The translations under genes were made by a program, and so were the position numbers. A stretch of 64,000 nt of DNA from Paraspadella gotoi (Eukaryota; Animalia; Chaetognatha), in NCBI GenBank assembly GCA_051294375.1, contig CM119270.1, positions 19,285,572 to 19,349,571 of the forward strand, written 5' to 3'. Under the pieces are notes generated by a model, which worked only from the letters and a program-made list of their open reading frames with translations, made no database searches and was not told the DNA's origin. Positions 1 to 12,157 of this stretch are shown piece after piece (within the stretch, counting starts at the first letter, position 1; each line of letters starts with the position of its first letter).

Positions 1-490
1 AGCATGACGGAGAAAAAGAGAGAGAGGAGAGAGAGCGACATATAATTTAAAAGTTTTGTTTTGTAAATAAAACATAACAAATCAAATATTGATATGAAAC
101 ATGAGAAATTTTAAAACAGATCTTGATGATTAGAACCATATATGAATAATTACAACTCCCTATGAGAATATACATTTTCTTTCAGAAGCCATGATTGCAA
201 AAAGCGAGCGAGGACAGCTTCCGAAAAAAATCTAGACAGACGGGCTTATGCCGCCTGCTCGATAATAGAGGATATTTGTTTTTTGATAAAATGTAAACAA
301 ACATTTAACTAACTGTCCTGACCTGCAATTTTAAGGACATCGGATGATGTAAAGCTGAATAATAAATTATAATTATCTATTAATTAATTAATTATACTAT
401 TTAATACATTAACTTAATCTATTATTATTAATTATCAATTAATATTAATTATCGTAGGCAGATCCGACATTGTTGCGCTCAAACCTTGTT
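1..490 (-). mobile_element. Terminal part of a second copy of the Helentron/DINE-1-like element (runs off the window start)
   Basis: 1-490 is the reverse complement of about 55965-56470, e.g. GTAGGCAGATCCGACATTG at 454-472 vs CAATGTCGGATCTGCCTAC at 55981-55999. Similarity stops at the same terminus (CTTGTT, 485-490), followed by a T-rich flank. Confidence 0.75.
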
Positions 491-1292
491 TCTTTTTTTG
501 TTTCTTATCTTTTTTTCTCCTCTTGTTTTTTTTTCCATCTCTCTGTTCTCTCTTTTGTTTTCCTTTCCTTCATTTGCATTTATAAAAAAAAATCCTCTTC
601 TCCGTTTCTTACCCTAATTATCATATTATAATATTTTTTATCTTTCTTATTCATTTCCTTTTTTTTTCATTCCCGTTTTTTTCTTATCTGTTGCTCTTTT
701 CATTTTTTTTTCTTTTCCCACGTGAATTACGTGATCAATGTTGTTTTTAAAAGTTCCTCTGTTTTTAAACGTTTCTGTTAATTAGAATGTTTTTTGTTCC
801 AAAGTCAAGAAAGTTTAAATAAAATGAATTGATACAAAATCAGAAAAAGCTAAGTTTTTGTCACTAAAGTTTGTTATCCTAATCAAAATAATACAAGAAA
901 ATATCTATAAAAAAACCAAGAAACATAACTAATGTAAAAGTAAGACATTAAAAACAGAAACAAAGAAAGTGAAAAAAAAACAAAAAAAACAAAACAAAAT
1001 CACATTAACCAGGACGAAACGAACGAAAGAAGAAATGAGGTCAAAAAGGAAATCGCGGTTAATTGATTCCGATATCGAATTAGGATTTTGACCGCGAGGG
1101 GGAATTAACGATCGTGAGGACGTCACGTGATCTTGACGTCATCATAATTAGTCAATGTTGCATACGAATTAGTCAATATCTAAAATTATTAAAATCATTA
1201 GTAAATTATTTAGATTATGTAGTCAACCGAGTGTGAACTTTATGTGTGCAAAGAAGTATTTGTCTCTCTCGCTCCATTTCTGTCGTTTGTTT

Positions 1293-1295
1293 TTT

Positions 1296-1390
<95 letters not shown>

Positions 1391-1405
1391 CTCTCTCTCT
1401 CTCTG
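1293..1405. repeat. (TTTC)n then (TC)n microsatellite
   Basis: Directly visible tandem repeat. Confidence 0.95.
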
Positions 1406-1519
1406 TCACGTGACCCGGTCGGTTGGGAGCCTTTAATTCGGGGGCAAATTGACTTTTTCCTCGGATCTCAACTCCTGACTTCGTCGCCTTTTCGGATCCA
1501 GACCCAATTTTAACGCCTC

Positions 1520-1790
1520 TTTTCATTATCCCTTTTTGGAAAGGGATCCATTTTGGATGGGGGATTCATTATCCCTTTTTGGAAAAGGATCCATTTTTGG
1601 AAGGAGATTCATCTTCCATTTTGGAAGGGGGATTCATTATCCATTTTGAAAAAAGGATTCGTTTTCCCTTTTAAAAAGGATTCATAATCTCTTTTTGATG
1701 GGGATCTATTTTTGGAAAGAGATCCATTTTTGGAAAGAGATCCATTTTTGGAAAGAGATCCATTTTGGGAAAGAGATCCATTTTGGGATT
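1520..1790. repeat. Minisatellite, ~19-bp unit TTTTTGGAAAGAGATCCAT, degenerate upstream
   Basis: Near-perfect units at 1710-1785; diverged units upstream. Confidence 0.85.
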
Positions 1791-2742
1791 AGGATTAATT
1801 ATCTCCTCTTGTAAAATAAGTTTCCATTTTAGGCAGGATGAGAGTAAATATATTTTTTACTGGAGAACTTGGGTATTTGATTATCCGATATTCATTTGTC
1901 TGTGTCAGTCTCTCATATATCCCATCCAAAGTAATTTTTTTAATAATTGATATCAACGGAGGAACTGGATTGACAAGCTGCTTGTCTCGTTTGACTTTTC
2001 GGCCTGATATCTCTTTATTCATTTGACTGAGTACTCACATATATATATTCTTTCAAACGAAAATTCTGTTAATTATTCATAAAATTCAGTTTACCAGTTA
2101 ACCAATATTTTGCTTCAAGATAAATATTTTACGCGAGAAAATTTTTTCGATGAGAATTTGTACTTGAAGTTATTATGTTCCGGAAATTTAGGTCGGAAGT
2201 TCATGTTTATCAGGATTGAGGAATGAGGAATTGAGGATTGGTCGGACATAAGAAACTTCAAGTGTCGTGAAACAAATCTTGGACGAGAATGGTTTCTGCT
2301 CCGTTCCTAAATTGAATTACAGAATTCCGAGAAAANNNNNNNNNNNNNNNNNNNNNNNNNNNNNNNNNNNNNNNNNNNNNNNNNNNNNNNNNNNNNNNNN
2401 NNNNNNNNNNNNNNNNNNNNNNNNNNNNNNNNNNNNNNNNNNNNNNNNNNNNNNNNNNNNNNNNNNNNNNNNNNNNNNNNNNNNNNNNNNNNNNNNNNNN
2501 NNNNNNNNNNNNNNNNNNNNNNNNNNNNNNNNNNNNNNNNNNNNNNNNNNNNNNNNNNNNNNNNNNNNNNNNNNNNNNNNNNNNNNNNNNNNNNNNNNNN
2601 NNNNNNNNNNNNNNNNNNNNNNNNNNNNNNNNNNNNNNNNNNNNNNNNNNNNNNNNNNNNNNNNNNNNNNNNNNNNNNNNNNNNNNNNNNNNNNNNNTCT
2701 CTAAAAACCTTCACCAAAATAATATATATACAAAAAATATAA

Positions 2743-2905
2743 TGTGAGAGAGTCTTGATCGAAAGCTTGCAGGGACCTGCTATGTCATTATCTTGTAAGA
2801 GTGATGGAGGCCTTAAACCACCAAAGCCTCTCCAAAGTCAGGGACAGGATAGCTTATTTATTAAATGAATGGATAATTTTTGTATTGGTTGTACTAATTT
2901 CATTT
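2743..2905 (+). mobile_element. Short dispersed repeat (SINE/MITE-like, unclassified), copy 1 of 3
   Basis: AGTCTTGATCGAAAGCTTGC...GGATAGCTTATTT-ATTAAATGAA recurs at about 47003-47158 (+) and about 62350-62488 (-). Confidence 0.7.
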
Positions 2906-2939
2906 CATACTAAAAGAGTTTTCTAAACAACTTTTAGAA

Positions 2940-3190
2940 AAAGTGATAAAAAAAATAAAAATGGCCCAAGGATAAAAAAGAGAAATGACATAAAAATCAA
3001 AAGGGCTCAAGGATAAAAAAAGAAGTGATATAAAAATCAAAATGGCCCAAGGATAAAAAAGGGAAGTTATATAAAAATCAAAATGGCTCAAGGATAAAAA
3101 AGAGAAGTGACATAAAAATTAAAATGGCCCAAGGATAAAAAAGAGAAGTGATATAAAAATCAAAATGGCCCAAGGATAAAAAAAAGTGAA
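2940..3190. repeat. Minisatellite, ~41-bp unit (AAAATGGCCCAAGGATAAAAAAGAGAAGTGATATAAAAATC), ~6 copies
   Basis: Directly visible tandem array. Confidence 0.9.
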
Positions 3191-4384
3191 ATTGCTCCGT
3201 CTGGTTTTTTCTCCGCGTTTGAGATCTCGCGTCAAGATTGGATGAAAATCTCCTCTCGGTTTTTTTTCTCGATTTGTAATCGAAGGAAAGAAATAACAGA
3301 GAAAATGGAGGAAAAAAGAAAATGGAGGAAAGGAAAAAGGAGAAAAGAAGAAAAGAGAAAACGGAGGAAAGTAAAAAAGAAAAAGAAGGTAAATTAAAAA
3401 ATGAGGAAAGAAAAGAAGAATGAAGAAAAGAAAAAATGAAGAAAGGAAAATAAAAAAAACTAAAAAAAAACCGATAATAAAAGTTTAAAATATATAATGA
3501 AAGAGAAAGTAAACAAATCCTCTTAATCTAAGAAAAAAAAATGTCATTTTTATTCACGGATGAAAGATATTTAAAAAAAAATGGTGAAGAGACGTCGTAT
3601 TACGTCACCATCGAGATGTGATACTCGACGTCATGGAATTATTGCAGTTATCGATGCAGTTATTGACGTCACGGAATCCTCATTACTTCTGCGACGATAA
3701 CGTCAACCGAGAGAGACTGACATCACGTTCCGGACGGCGACATTGCGGAATCGTAAAATCGATCAACTCGGATGACCCACGACTCCGTGACCCCTTTTTC
3801 GACCCGTGACCTCGCTTTCTGGGTCATTCACCGATCCCCCCGCGATCCCCATAATCCGACGCGGGATTTCACGTGATTCGTCGTCGTCGTCGTAGAGAAG
3901 CTTTTCACGTGAATCTGGTTTTTGTGAAGATCAAGAGAAAAAAAAAATCCGATGTACGTTAACGACGTAAAAAAAAATAGGCAACGACTTTTTTCTTTCA
4001 AGGCTTAAGTACATTTTTACAGTTTAGGTTTTAGTTACAGAGAAGAACCCTGTAGGAAAAAAAAGGTGGTGAAGGAGGAAAATGAGTAAATACATAAAGT
4101 GATCATTTACCGCCGATTTGTCTTTAAGTTTCCCCTTTTTTATATTTTCCTTTTATCCAATTTTCCCCTTTTTTCCCTTTAATTTCCATTTTCCTTTTTT
4201 TCTTATTTCCCATGTTCATTTCTTTTTTTCTCTCTTTATCCCTTTTTTTTTCCATTTATTTTCCTTTTTTCCATTTTTTTTCTTTTTCCTTTTTCCCCTT
4301 CCTATTTTTCCCTTTTTCCATTTCTACCTTTTCCATTTCCCCCTTGCCCCTTTTCCCTTTTTAGTTTTCCTTTTTTTTAAAGAG

Positions 4385-5470
4385 AGAGATCGCGAAGCGG
4401 GCACACAGAGCTGAAGATTTTACTAATCGTTTATTACCTGGAGATATTAGATTCATTCCAGTTTACAGGCTGGTACGTATATATCACCTCGCAGCAGAGG
4501 GTAGAAAACGGAGAAATTGTGTACCGCGGTCGGTCACTCACACAGTCATCAAATAAGAACGATATTATGCACTGCGTCTCTCATATTGTTTATGCCTGCT
4601 GAGATTGTTATGTAATTATTCCGCTAATGGCATTGTCTGAGCCCTAAATCGTGAGAACGGAAAATGGAATTGATTTGAAGCTTGTTAGCCCCGCCAAAAA
4701 TACAAAAACATGGGAAAGGTTTATTGGCGTTATTTTTCTAACGCTGATTAATTTAAATGAATTAGAGTGAAGGCGTTTTAGGTCTTGCCTTGGCGCTTCC
4801 GTGTTATGAGGATTTCGGAGATTTTTGCCCTTTGGTCACCAATCGTGCTTGACATATTTGCTCAACGCCGTCATGAGCCCGACCAGACGCCAAAACCATT
4901 GGCCCAAATGGAAATATTATTATTTAATGGTTAAATATTGCCTGGAGACTGAATTTTTAGTGTTGACCTCAAGTACAATAAATATGAGGTTTGTCAATGT
5001 GACGAATGAAATTAAAAACCCTTGACACAAGAGACAAATATGAACGTTTCGCTTGATGAGACGTTTCGGGCGGGCTGTTCTGAAAAATAAAAACTTTTGT
5101 TCACACTTTAGAAGAAATTAAAGTGATGAGTGGTTTGCTCTTTTAGATCATTATGAAAGATTAATATGTTTACAAGTCGATCATTGGCAGTGGTAGCGCC
5201 ATGTTTGTTTCTTAATACAGTATCACGAAGGAGAGTTGGAGGTAACGGATTAAAATAATTGAGGGAAGGTCCATCCCACAAGTCACGTGTTCGGATCATA
5301 GCAAGGAGGAGCGCATGTTCTGTCCATTATACACCATTCACAAAGAGGTTGGAGGCTAAACGAATTTGATGTCCGCGCTTTCAATCCCTAAAGTTACGTT
5401 GTTTATTCACGGCCGAGAGGAGTCGCCGTGTTCAAGTCTTGCTTCTCTCAGCTCAAGAAAGGGCAGCTGA
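4385..5470 (+). CDS. Unidentified ~360-aa ORF broken by indels (copy 1; copy 2 at about 9390-10516)
   Basis: A by-eye consensus of both copies gives a largely continuous protein-like frame: EDFTNRLLPGDIRFIPVLQAGNVYITSQQIENGEIVYRGRTL...GIDLKLVSPAKNTKTWERFIG...EWFALLDHYEGLICLQVDH...VRAFNPKVHVFIHG. No family recognised and the start is not defined. Confidence 0.5.
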
Positions 5471-6439
5471 GGGGAAGAGAGAACGAATAGCAAAGGTGAG
5501 TTTGAGAAAAAAAAAAAAAAAATTGGTTGTGGAGGAACGCACACAAGGGTCAGGTGAAATTTTGGGGAAAAGAGGTTCATGCCGCAAAGTCGACGGTCAC
5601 AAGAAAGCGCGTGTCAAGTCTTCAGCTCAAGGAAAGCTAGGAGGAGAGGAAATGACGCACTCAGCGCCTACAGAAGAGTGAGTCGGAGTTGAAATCGTCG
5701 TGAAACGGACCGCCAGACAAATTCGGCCGCAGCCAAAACAGAAGGGGACGCGTCAGCAAACAAAAAAACAAAACAAAAATAAAATATTAGAAGAAAATAA
5801 AACAAAAGATAAGCAGTCTCCTGTTTCAAAGAAAGAACCAGCGACGAAAGAGAAATTCAAAAGAAAACTACTTAGTTGAATTCCTTAAAATTGCAGTGAT
5901 AAAAAGTGGTGAGCCAAGGTTTGTAGAGGCCACTGTAATCTGAAGAAAAAAGGGTCACAAAAACATGTTTTATCGAAAAACGTCACCAGGCAAGCTTATG
6001 TTTGCAGAAGCTTGACAAGTTATAATGGTTTACTTATTGTTTGGCCGTCATGATGTATGTTATGATATATATCACCGGAAAGACGAGAGGAATGCGCCGT
6101 TTTTGTTTGGAAGTTAACCGGACGCTGAAGATGGAGCCGTCGGACAGGCTCCGGCCCTTTGGAAGCGTCGCATGTGGCAGCGGAAGTGAGCAATTAGGTG
6201 AATGGTGTCTCATAATTATTACTTGCAGCCGTTAATACAATTGCTTGAAACTTGTTTATTTATAGTAGTATCCAAAAGTTGAAATATAACAGACATCGAG
6301 TTTCATAATAAAACTCGTTTGGATTAGTTTCATTAATTCACCAAACTGATGAACCAATGTTATTGCCTACCGAGCGACAAAACGGGTGGAGGGGAAGGAG
6401 GAGTGAGTTTTCTCCTGGGGAGGGAAACGAGTTCAAGAC

Positions 6440-6690
6440 GGACGAAGTCACGAGGTGCTGGCAGACGACGACTTACGAGGTGGCTGCAGGCGACAAAGTT
6501 ACGAGGTGTGCAGAACAGAAGACGTTATGAGTGGCTGCAGCGAAGACGTTCGAGGTGCTGCAGACGAAGACGTTACGAGGTGCTGCAGCGAAGACGTTAC
6601 GAGGTGCTTCGCAATGAAGACCTGCTACGAGTGTTGAGACGCGGACGTTACGAAGGTTGTGAGAGATGGCGACGTTACAAGGTGTTGCCA
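6440..6690 (+). repeat. 25-27-bp tandem repeat GACGAAGACGTTACGAGGTG(G)CTGCA, ~8 units (duplicate at about 11540-11800)
   Basis: Directly visible; units abut with no spacers. Confidence 0.85.
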
Positions 6691-7372
6691 GATTCCGAAA
6701 GGATGAGATGCAAGCAGATTTTGATCAGGATGCTTGCAAAGCACAAATTGACGTAGACGCGATGCAGCCGGGTCAGGGTTCAGAGTGCATGCCAGCGTGG
6801 ACGCGTGCCACTAATGAAGTTTGTGGGCAAATTGTGGGGACTGTATATGAGACGGCACGATACGGGCCGCTGGGCATTAGCACTGGGGCGTGGCGAACGC
6901 TTAGTGTCGGGACGCTATTAAGCGAACCGGCGCTAAGATTCGGCCCAACTTAAGGGATTAGGACGCGGTTGCCGAGAGACGGAGCTGAACGAGATTTGAA
7001 TTATTTTTTCTTTCTTTAATTTATGCAAAGTTATGTCACTTGATGATGGGAAGGCCTAAGTTACTATTTCTGACTACTAAGCTCCTGCCTATCTACTTGT
7101 TGTACACATAATGGCTATAATACTCTGTTGACGTAGTAAAGTGGTTGTCGCTGTAGGACGCACAGGAGAGTACCCATTACTAAGTTGATAGTGGTTGAAG
7201 GGAAAATTGAGTAAATACCAATTAAAGTGATCATTTACCGCCGAATATTGTCTTTAAGTTTTCCACTTTTTTAATATTTTCTTTTATCATTTTCCCCTTT
7301 TTTCGCCTTTAATTTCCATTTTCTTTTTTTCTACTATTCGCATGTTATTCTTTTTTTTCCTCTCTTTAATCC

Positions 7373-8260
7373 TGACGAGAGTGGACGATTCACTCAGTGC
7401 ATATGATGCTGGAGCCCACGCGACGCAGCTGACCGGCTAGCAGAGCAGAAAACGCAAAGTTCCTGACGTACGATGCAGACACTCGAGCGCACAAGGGCGA
7501 CGGCGAATCCACAGACACGCGTACTGCACGCGCGCGAGGCATCAGCTAGATCGTGGGCGAATTTAGATGCCATGCTGGCGTGCTGGGATGCTTAGTGATG
7601 CCGAGGATGCTGCAGGGAGCTAATGTAGCTCTAAGGCGAGAATCCAGCTAAGACACGATGCGAGTGCTATAGTTACAGCCGACGAGGACGCGATAGCGAG
7701 GTGTGGCTGGAAACAGACGGTATTTTCGAGTAGGAATGTGACATCGCATGCGTGCGAGGTCAGGTGATATATAGAAAAGGCATGAACTGGAGAGGCAGGA
7801 TAGGCTAGAGCACCGATGCTACAGACCAGGGTTGGAACGTGGCAGCTCGTGTCGAGGGATCGGGCCGGCGGAGACTGAGTTCGGAAATTGGACGTGAACT
7901 GAGCATTTGGACTACTGGGTACAATGAGACGACCGCGTATGTATATGACTGTAGGCTGAGAGAGTCGGCTGGTCAAGGTGAAGAGACGTGGGCGACGCGA
8001 GTTCGAGAGGCGTAGACTGGAGGATCTGGTTCGTATCCAATGGTAGGTTTAGGTGTCGTCGAGTAATATGAGCAATATGGAGATGGGGAGGGAGTGTAGA
8101 GTGACGGCGCTGATCAGAGCGCGAGACAGAGAGTGCGCGAGGAGGCGGTGGATGTGGGTGAGGAGATCCGCGCGTCCCTTCCAGAGGTGGGACGTAGTAT
8201 GGGTGCATTGCTTGAGACAGTTATGATAGAGCGAGCTGATTCGGATTCAGAGAGCCGAGG
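7373..8260. other. 888-bp G-rich insert, identical at 12532-13419 and absent from the homologous site at about 4240
   Basis: Flanks CTCTCTTTAATCC / CCCTTTTTTTT match the uninterrupted 4230-4260. The ORF track gives identical peptides for both copies. No TIR, TSD or convincing ORF seen. Confidence 0.8.
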
Positions 8261-11037
8261 CCCTTTTTTTTTTCGCATTTATTTTCCTATTTTTCATTTT
8301 TTTTTTTTCTTTTAGCTTTTCCCTTCCTTATATTTTCCCTTTTTCCATTTCTACCTTTTCCATTTCCCCTTGCCCCTTTTGCCCTTTTTAGTTTTCGCTT
8401 TTTTTTTAAATTTCCCTTTCATGCACGCTTTTTTTTCCATTCCATCGCCGCCTTTTTCCCTTTTCAGTTTCCCTTTTTTCCATTTTTCTTTACATTTTTC
8501 CCTTTTCATTTGCCCCCTCGCCACCTTTTCCCTTTTCAGTTTTCCTTTTTTTCCATTTTTCCCGCCTTTCTCATTTTTCTAATTTCCCCCCTCGCCTCTC
8601 GCCCCTTTTCCGCTTTTCAGTTTTTTTTCCAATTTTCCCTTTCTCTTTTTTCGNNNNNNNNNNNNNNNNNNNNNNNNNTTTTCTATTTCCCTCTCGCCTC
8701 TCGCCCCTTTTCCTTTTTTTCCATTTTTCCCTTTTTCCCTTTTTCCCTTTTTCCCTTTTTCCCTTTTCCATTTCCCCCTCGCCCCTTTTCGTGAGGGTCA
8801 CAAGTCATAAAAGAGACAAAATGTGATTTGATTAACCGAATTCTCCGAAAGAAAAAAATCGGACTTAAGACGAAGTCGAACACGAAGATCAAAAGGGAGA
8901 ATATATTTGCGTAAACCTCAGGATTCTCTTACCACTTTCATTTGTTTAACTTTTATTCATGTTTGTTTGTTTGGATTCGGTTGCTCTTCTGTTGTTAAAT
9001 TTTTGACCCTTTTTATATATGCATTCATACTCTGTCGAATGTCTATTGTTAAAACGTTTTCAAATTTTTAATTCGAATTCTTTCTTGGTTTTATGTGAAG
9101 AGTAATTTAAATATTTTTATCAATCGGTCTTCCTATTCATCAATGCGACTTCTCTTTCTCTTATCTATTCTCTTCACTAAACCTATATTTCTTTAAACTT
9201 TTCTCTCTTTTCTATCTCTTCTTTTCCTTTCTCTGCTCTTCTCTTCTCTTTCCTTTCTCCTCTCTTCTTTTCTTTCCCTCTTATCTTCTCTCTTCTTATC
9301 TATCGAACTCGTAAAATAAGGATAGGAAAGTCGCGACGGAATATTCCGGTGATACTGAAAACGATAAGATTCTGCAAATGGAATGAGAAAGAGAGAGATC
9401 GCGAAGCGGGCACCAGAGCTGAAGATTTTACTAATCGTTTATTACCTGGAGATATTAGATTCATTCCAGTTTTACAGGCTGGTAACGTATATATCACCTC
9501 GCAGCAGATAGAAAACGGAGAAATTGTGTACCGCGGTCGTACACTCCGACACAGTCATCAAATAAGAACGAATTATGCACTGCGTCTCTCATAATTAGTT
9601 TATTGCCTGCTGAGATTGTTATGTAATTATTGCCGCTATATGGCATTGTCTGAGCCGCTAAATTCGTGAGAACGAAAATGGAATTGATTTGAAGCTTGTT
9701 AGCCCCGCCCAAAAATACAAAAGACATGGGAAAGGTTTATTGGCGTTAATTTTATCTAAAACGCTGGATAAGTTTAAATGAATTAGGAGTGAAGGCGTTT
9801 TAAGTCTTGCCTTGGCGCTTCGTGTATGAGGATTTCCGGAGATTTGCCCTTTGGCGCACCAATGCGTGCTTGACAATTTGCTCACGCCGTCATGAAAGCC
9901 CGACAAGACGCCAAAACCATTGGCCCAAATGGAAATAATTATATATTAATGGTTCAAATTATTGGGCCTGAGAGACTGAATTTTATGTGTGACCTCAAGA
10001 TACAATAAATATGAGGTTTGTCAATGTGAACGAATGAAATTAAAAACCCTCTGACACAAGAACAAAATATGAACGTTTCGCTTGATTGAGACGTTTCGGG
10101 CGGGCTGATTCTGAAAAATAAAACTTTGTCACACTTATAGAAGAAATTAAAGTGATGAGTGGTTTGCTCTTTTATGATCATTATGAAAGGATTAATATGT
10201 TTACAAGTCGATCATGGGCCAGTGGTAGCGCCATGTTTGTTTTTAATACCAGTATCACGAAGGAGAGTTGGAGGTAACGGATTAAAAATAATTGAGGGGA
10301 AAGGGTCCATCCCACAAAAAGTCACGTGTTCGGATCATAGGCAAAGGAGGAGCGCCATGTTGTCCATTATACCCATTCACAAAGAGAGTTGGAGGTAAAA
10401 CGAATTTGATGTCCGCGACTTTCAATCCCTAAGAGTTCACGTGTTTATTCCACAGGCACGAGAGGAGTCGCCGTGTCAAGTCTTGCTTCTCTCAGCTCAA
10501 AGGAAAGGGCAGCTGAGGGGAAGGAGAACCGACTCAGCCCAAAAGGGTGAGTTTGGAGAAAAAAAAAAAAAAAAAATTGGTTGTGGAACGGAACGCACAA
10601 CCCAAGGGTCAGGTTGAAATTTGGGGAAAAAGGTTCATGCCGCCAAAAGTCACGGTCAAAGAGAAGGCGCCGTGTTTCAAGTCTCAGCTGCAAGGAAAAG
10701 CTGGAGGGAGAGGATGAACGCGACTCAGGCCTACAGAAGAGTGAGTCGGAAGTTGAATCGTCGTGAGAACGGAAACGCACAGACCAAATTCGGCCGCAGC
10801 CAAAACAGGGGGAGCGCGTCAGCAAACAAAACAACAAAACAAAAATAAAACTAATAGAAGGAAAATAAAACAAAAGATAAGCAGTCTCCTGTTCAAAGTA
10901 AAAAGAACCAGCGACGAAAGAGAAATTCAAAGAAAACGTACTTAGTTGAATCCTTAAAATTTGCAGTGATACAAAAGTTTGAAGCCAACGGTTTGTAGAG
11001 GCCAACTTAATCTGAAGAAAAAAAGGGTCACAAAAAC

Positions 11038-12157
11038 ATGTTTTATCGGAAAAACCAAGTCACCAGGCCAAGCTTATGTTTGCAGAGCTTGACAATTATA
11101 GATGGTATTACTTATTGTTATGGCCGTCATGATGTATGTTATGAAATATATCACCGGAAAGAGCGAGAGGAATGGCGCCGGTTTTTTTTGGAAGTAACCG
11201 GCGACGACGTGAAGATGGGAGCCGTCGGACAGGCTGCCGGCCCTTTGGAAGCAGTCGATGTAGGCAGCGGAAGTGAGCACATTAGAGTGAAATGGTGTCT
11301 CATAATTATTACTTGCAGCCGTTTACAATACAACTTGCTTGAAACTGTTATTTATAGTAGTATCCAAAAGTTGAAATATAACAGACATCGGAGTTTCAAT
11401 AAAACCTCGTTTGGATTAGTTTCATTAATTCACCAAACTGATGAAACCCAATGTATAATTGCCTCCGAGCGAAAAACGGGTGGGAGGGGAAGGGAGAAGT
11501 GAGTTTTCTCCTGGGGGGAGGGGAAAAGCGAGTTCAAGACGGACGAAGTCACGAGGGCTGGCAGACGACGACGTTAGCGAGGTGGCTGCAGGCGACAAAG
11601 TTACGAGGTGGCTGCAGAACAGAAGACGTATGAGGTGGCATGGCAGACGAAGACGTTAGCGAGGTGCTGCAGACGAAAGACGTTACGAGGTGCTGCAGAC
11701 GAAGACGTTAGAGGTGCTGCAGATGAGAGCCTGCCTACGAGTGTATGCAAGACGGAACGGACGTTAACGAAAGGTGCTAGCAGATGGCGACGTATACAAG
11801 GTGTTGCCAGATTCCAAAGGATGAGATGCAAGCAGATTTTGGATCAAGGATGCTTGCAGAAGCACCAAATTGCGGACGTAGACGCAGATGCAGCCGGGGA
11901 TCAGGGTCAAGACGATGCATGCCAGCGCTGGACGCATGTGCAGCTAATGAAAATTTGTGGGCAATTGTGGGGTACTGTATATGAAACGGCACGATACGGA
12001 GCCCGCTGGCATAAGCACTGGGGCGTGGCGGAACGCTTAGGATGTCGGGACGCTGATTAAGCGAACCGGCGCTGAAGATATCGGCACTTAGGATTAGAGA
12101 CGCGGTTGCCGAGAAAGACGGAGCGAACGAGAGTTTGAATATTTTTTCTTTCTTTAA
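11038..12157 (+). CDS. Unidentified frameshifted ORF(s) with an acidic 9-aa repeat (copy 2; copy 1 at about 5964-7019)
   Basis: 154-aa open frame at 11038-11502, then 25-27-bp repeats that read EVAADEDVS/T when 27 bp, then ...GTVYETARYG...RIRDAVAEKDG. Confidence 0.4.

Noticed and set aside
718-3915. Cluster of CACGTG/TGACGTCA palindromes as regulatory sites
   Set aside because: Such motifs recur across the window with no linked transcription start, and enrichment cannot be tested here.
6440-6690. CRISPR-like periodic repeat
   Set aside because: Units abut with no unique spacers, there are no cas genes, and the context is eukaryotic.
7372-7400. Hammerhead-like CTGACGA followed by a GAGTG/CACTC stem
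   Set aside because: The stem is followed by AGTG rather than the required GAAA, and it lies in the suspected junk insert.
7620-8208. 118-aa and 98-aa minus-strand ORFs (duplicated at 12779-13367)
   Set aside because: No recognisable motifs; they lie in the suspected artefactual insert.
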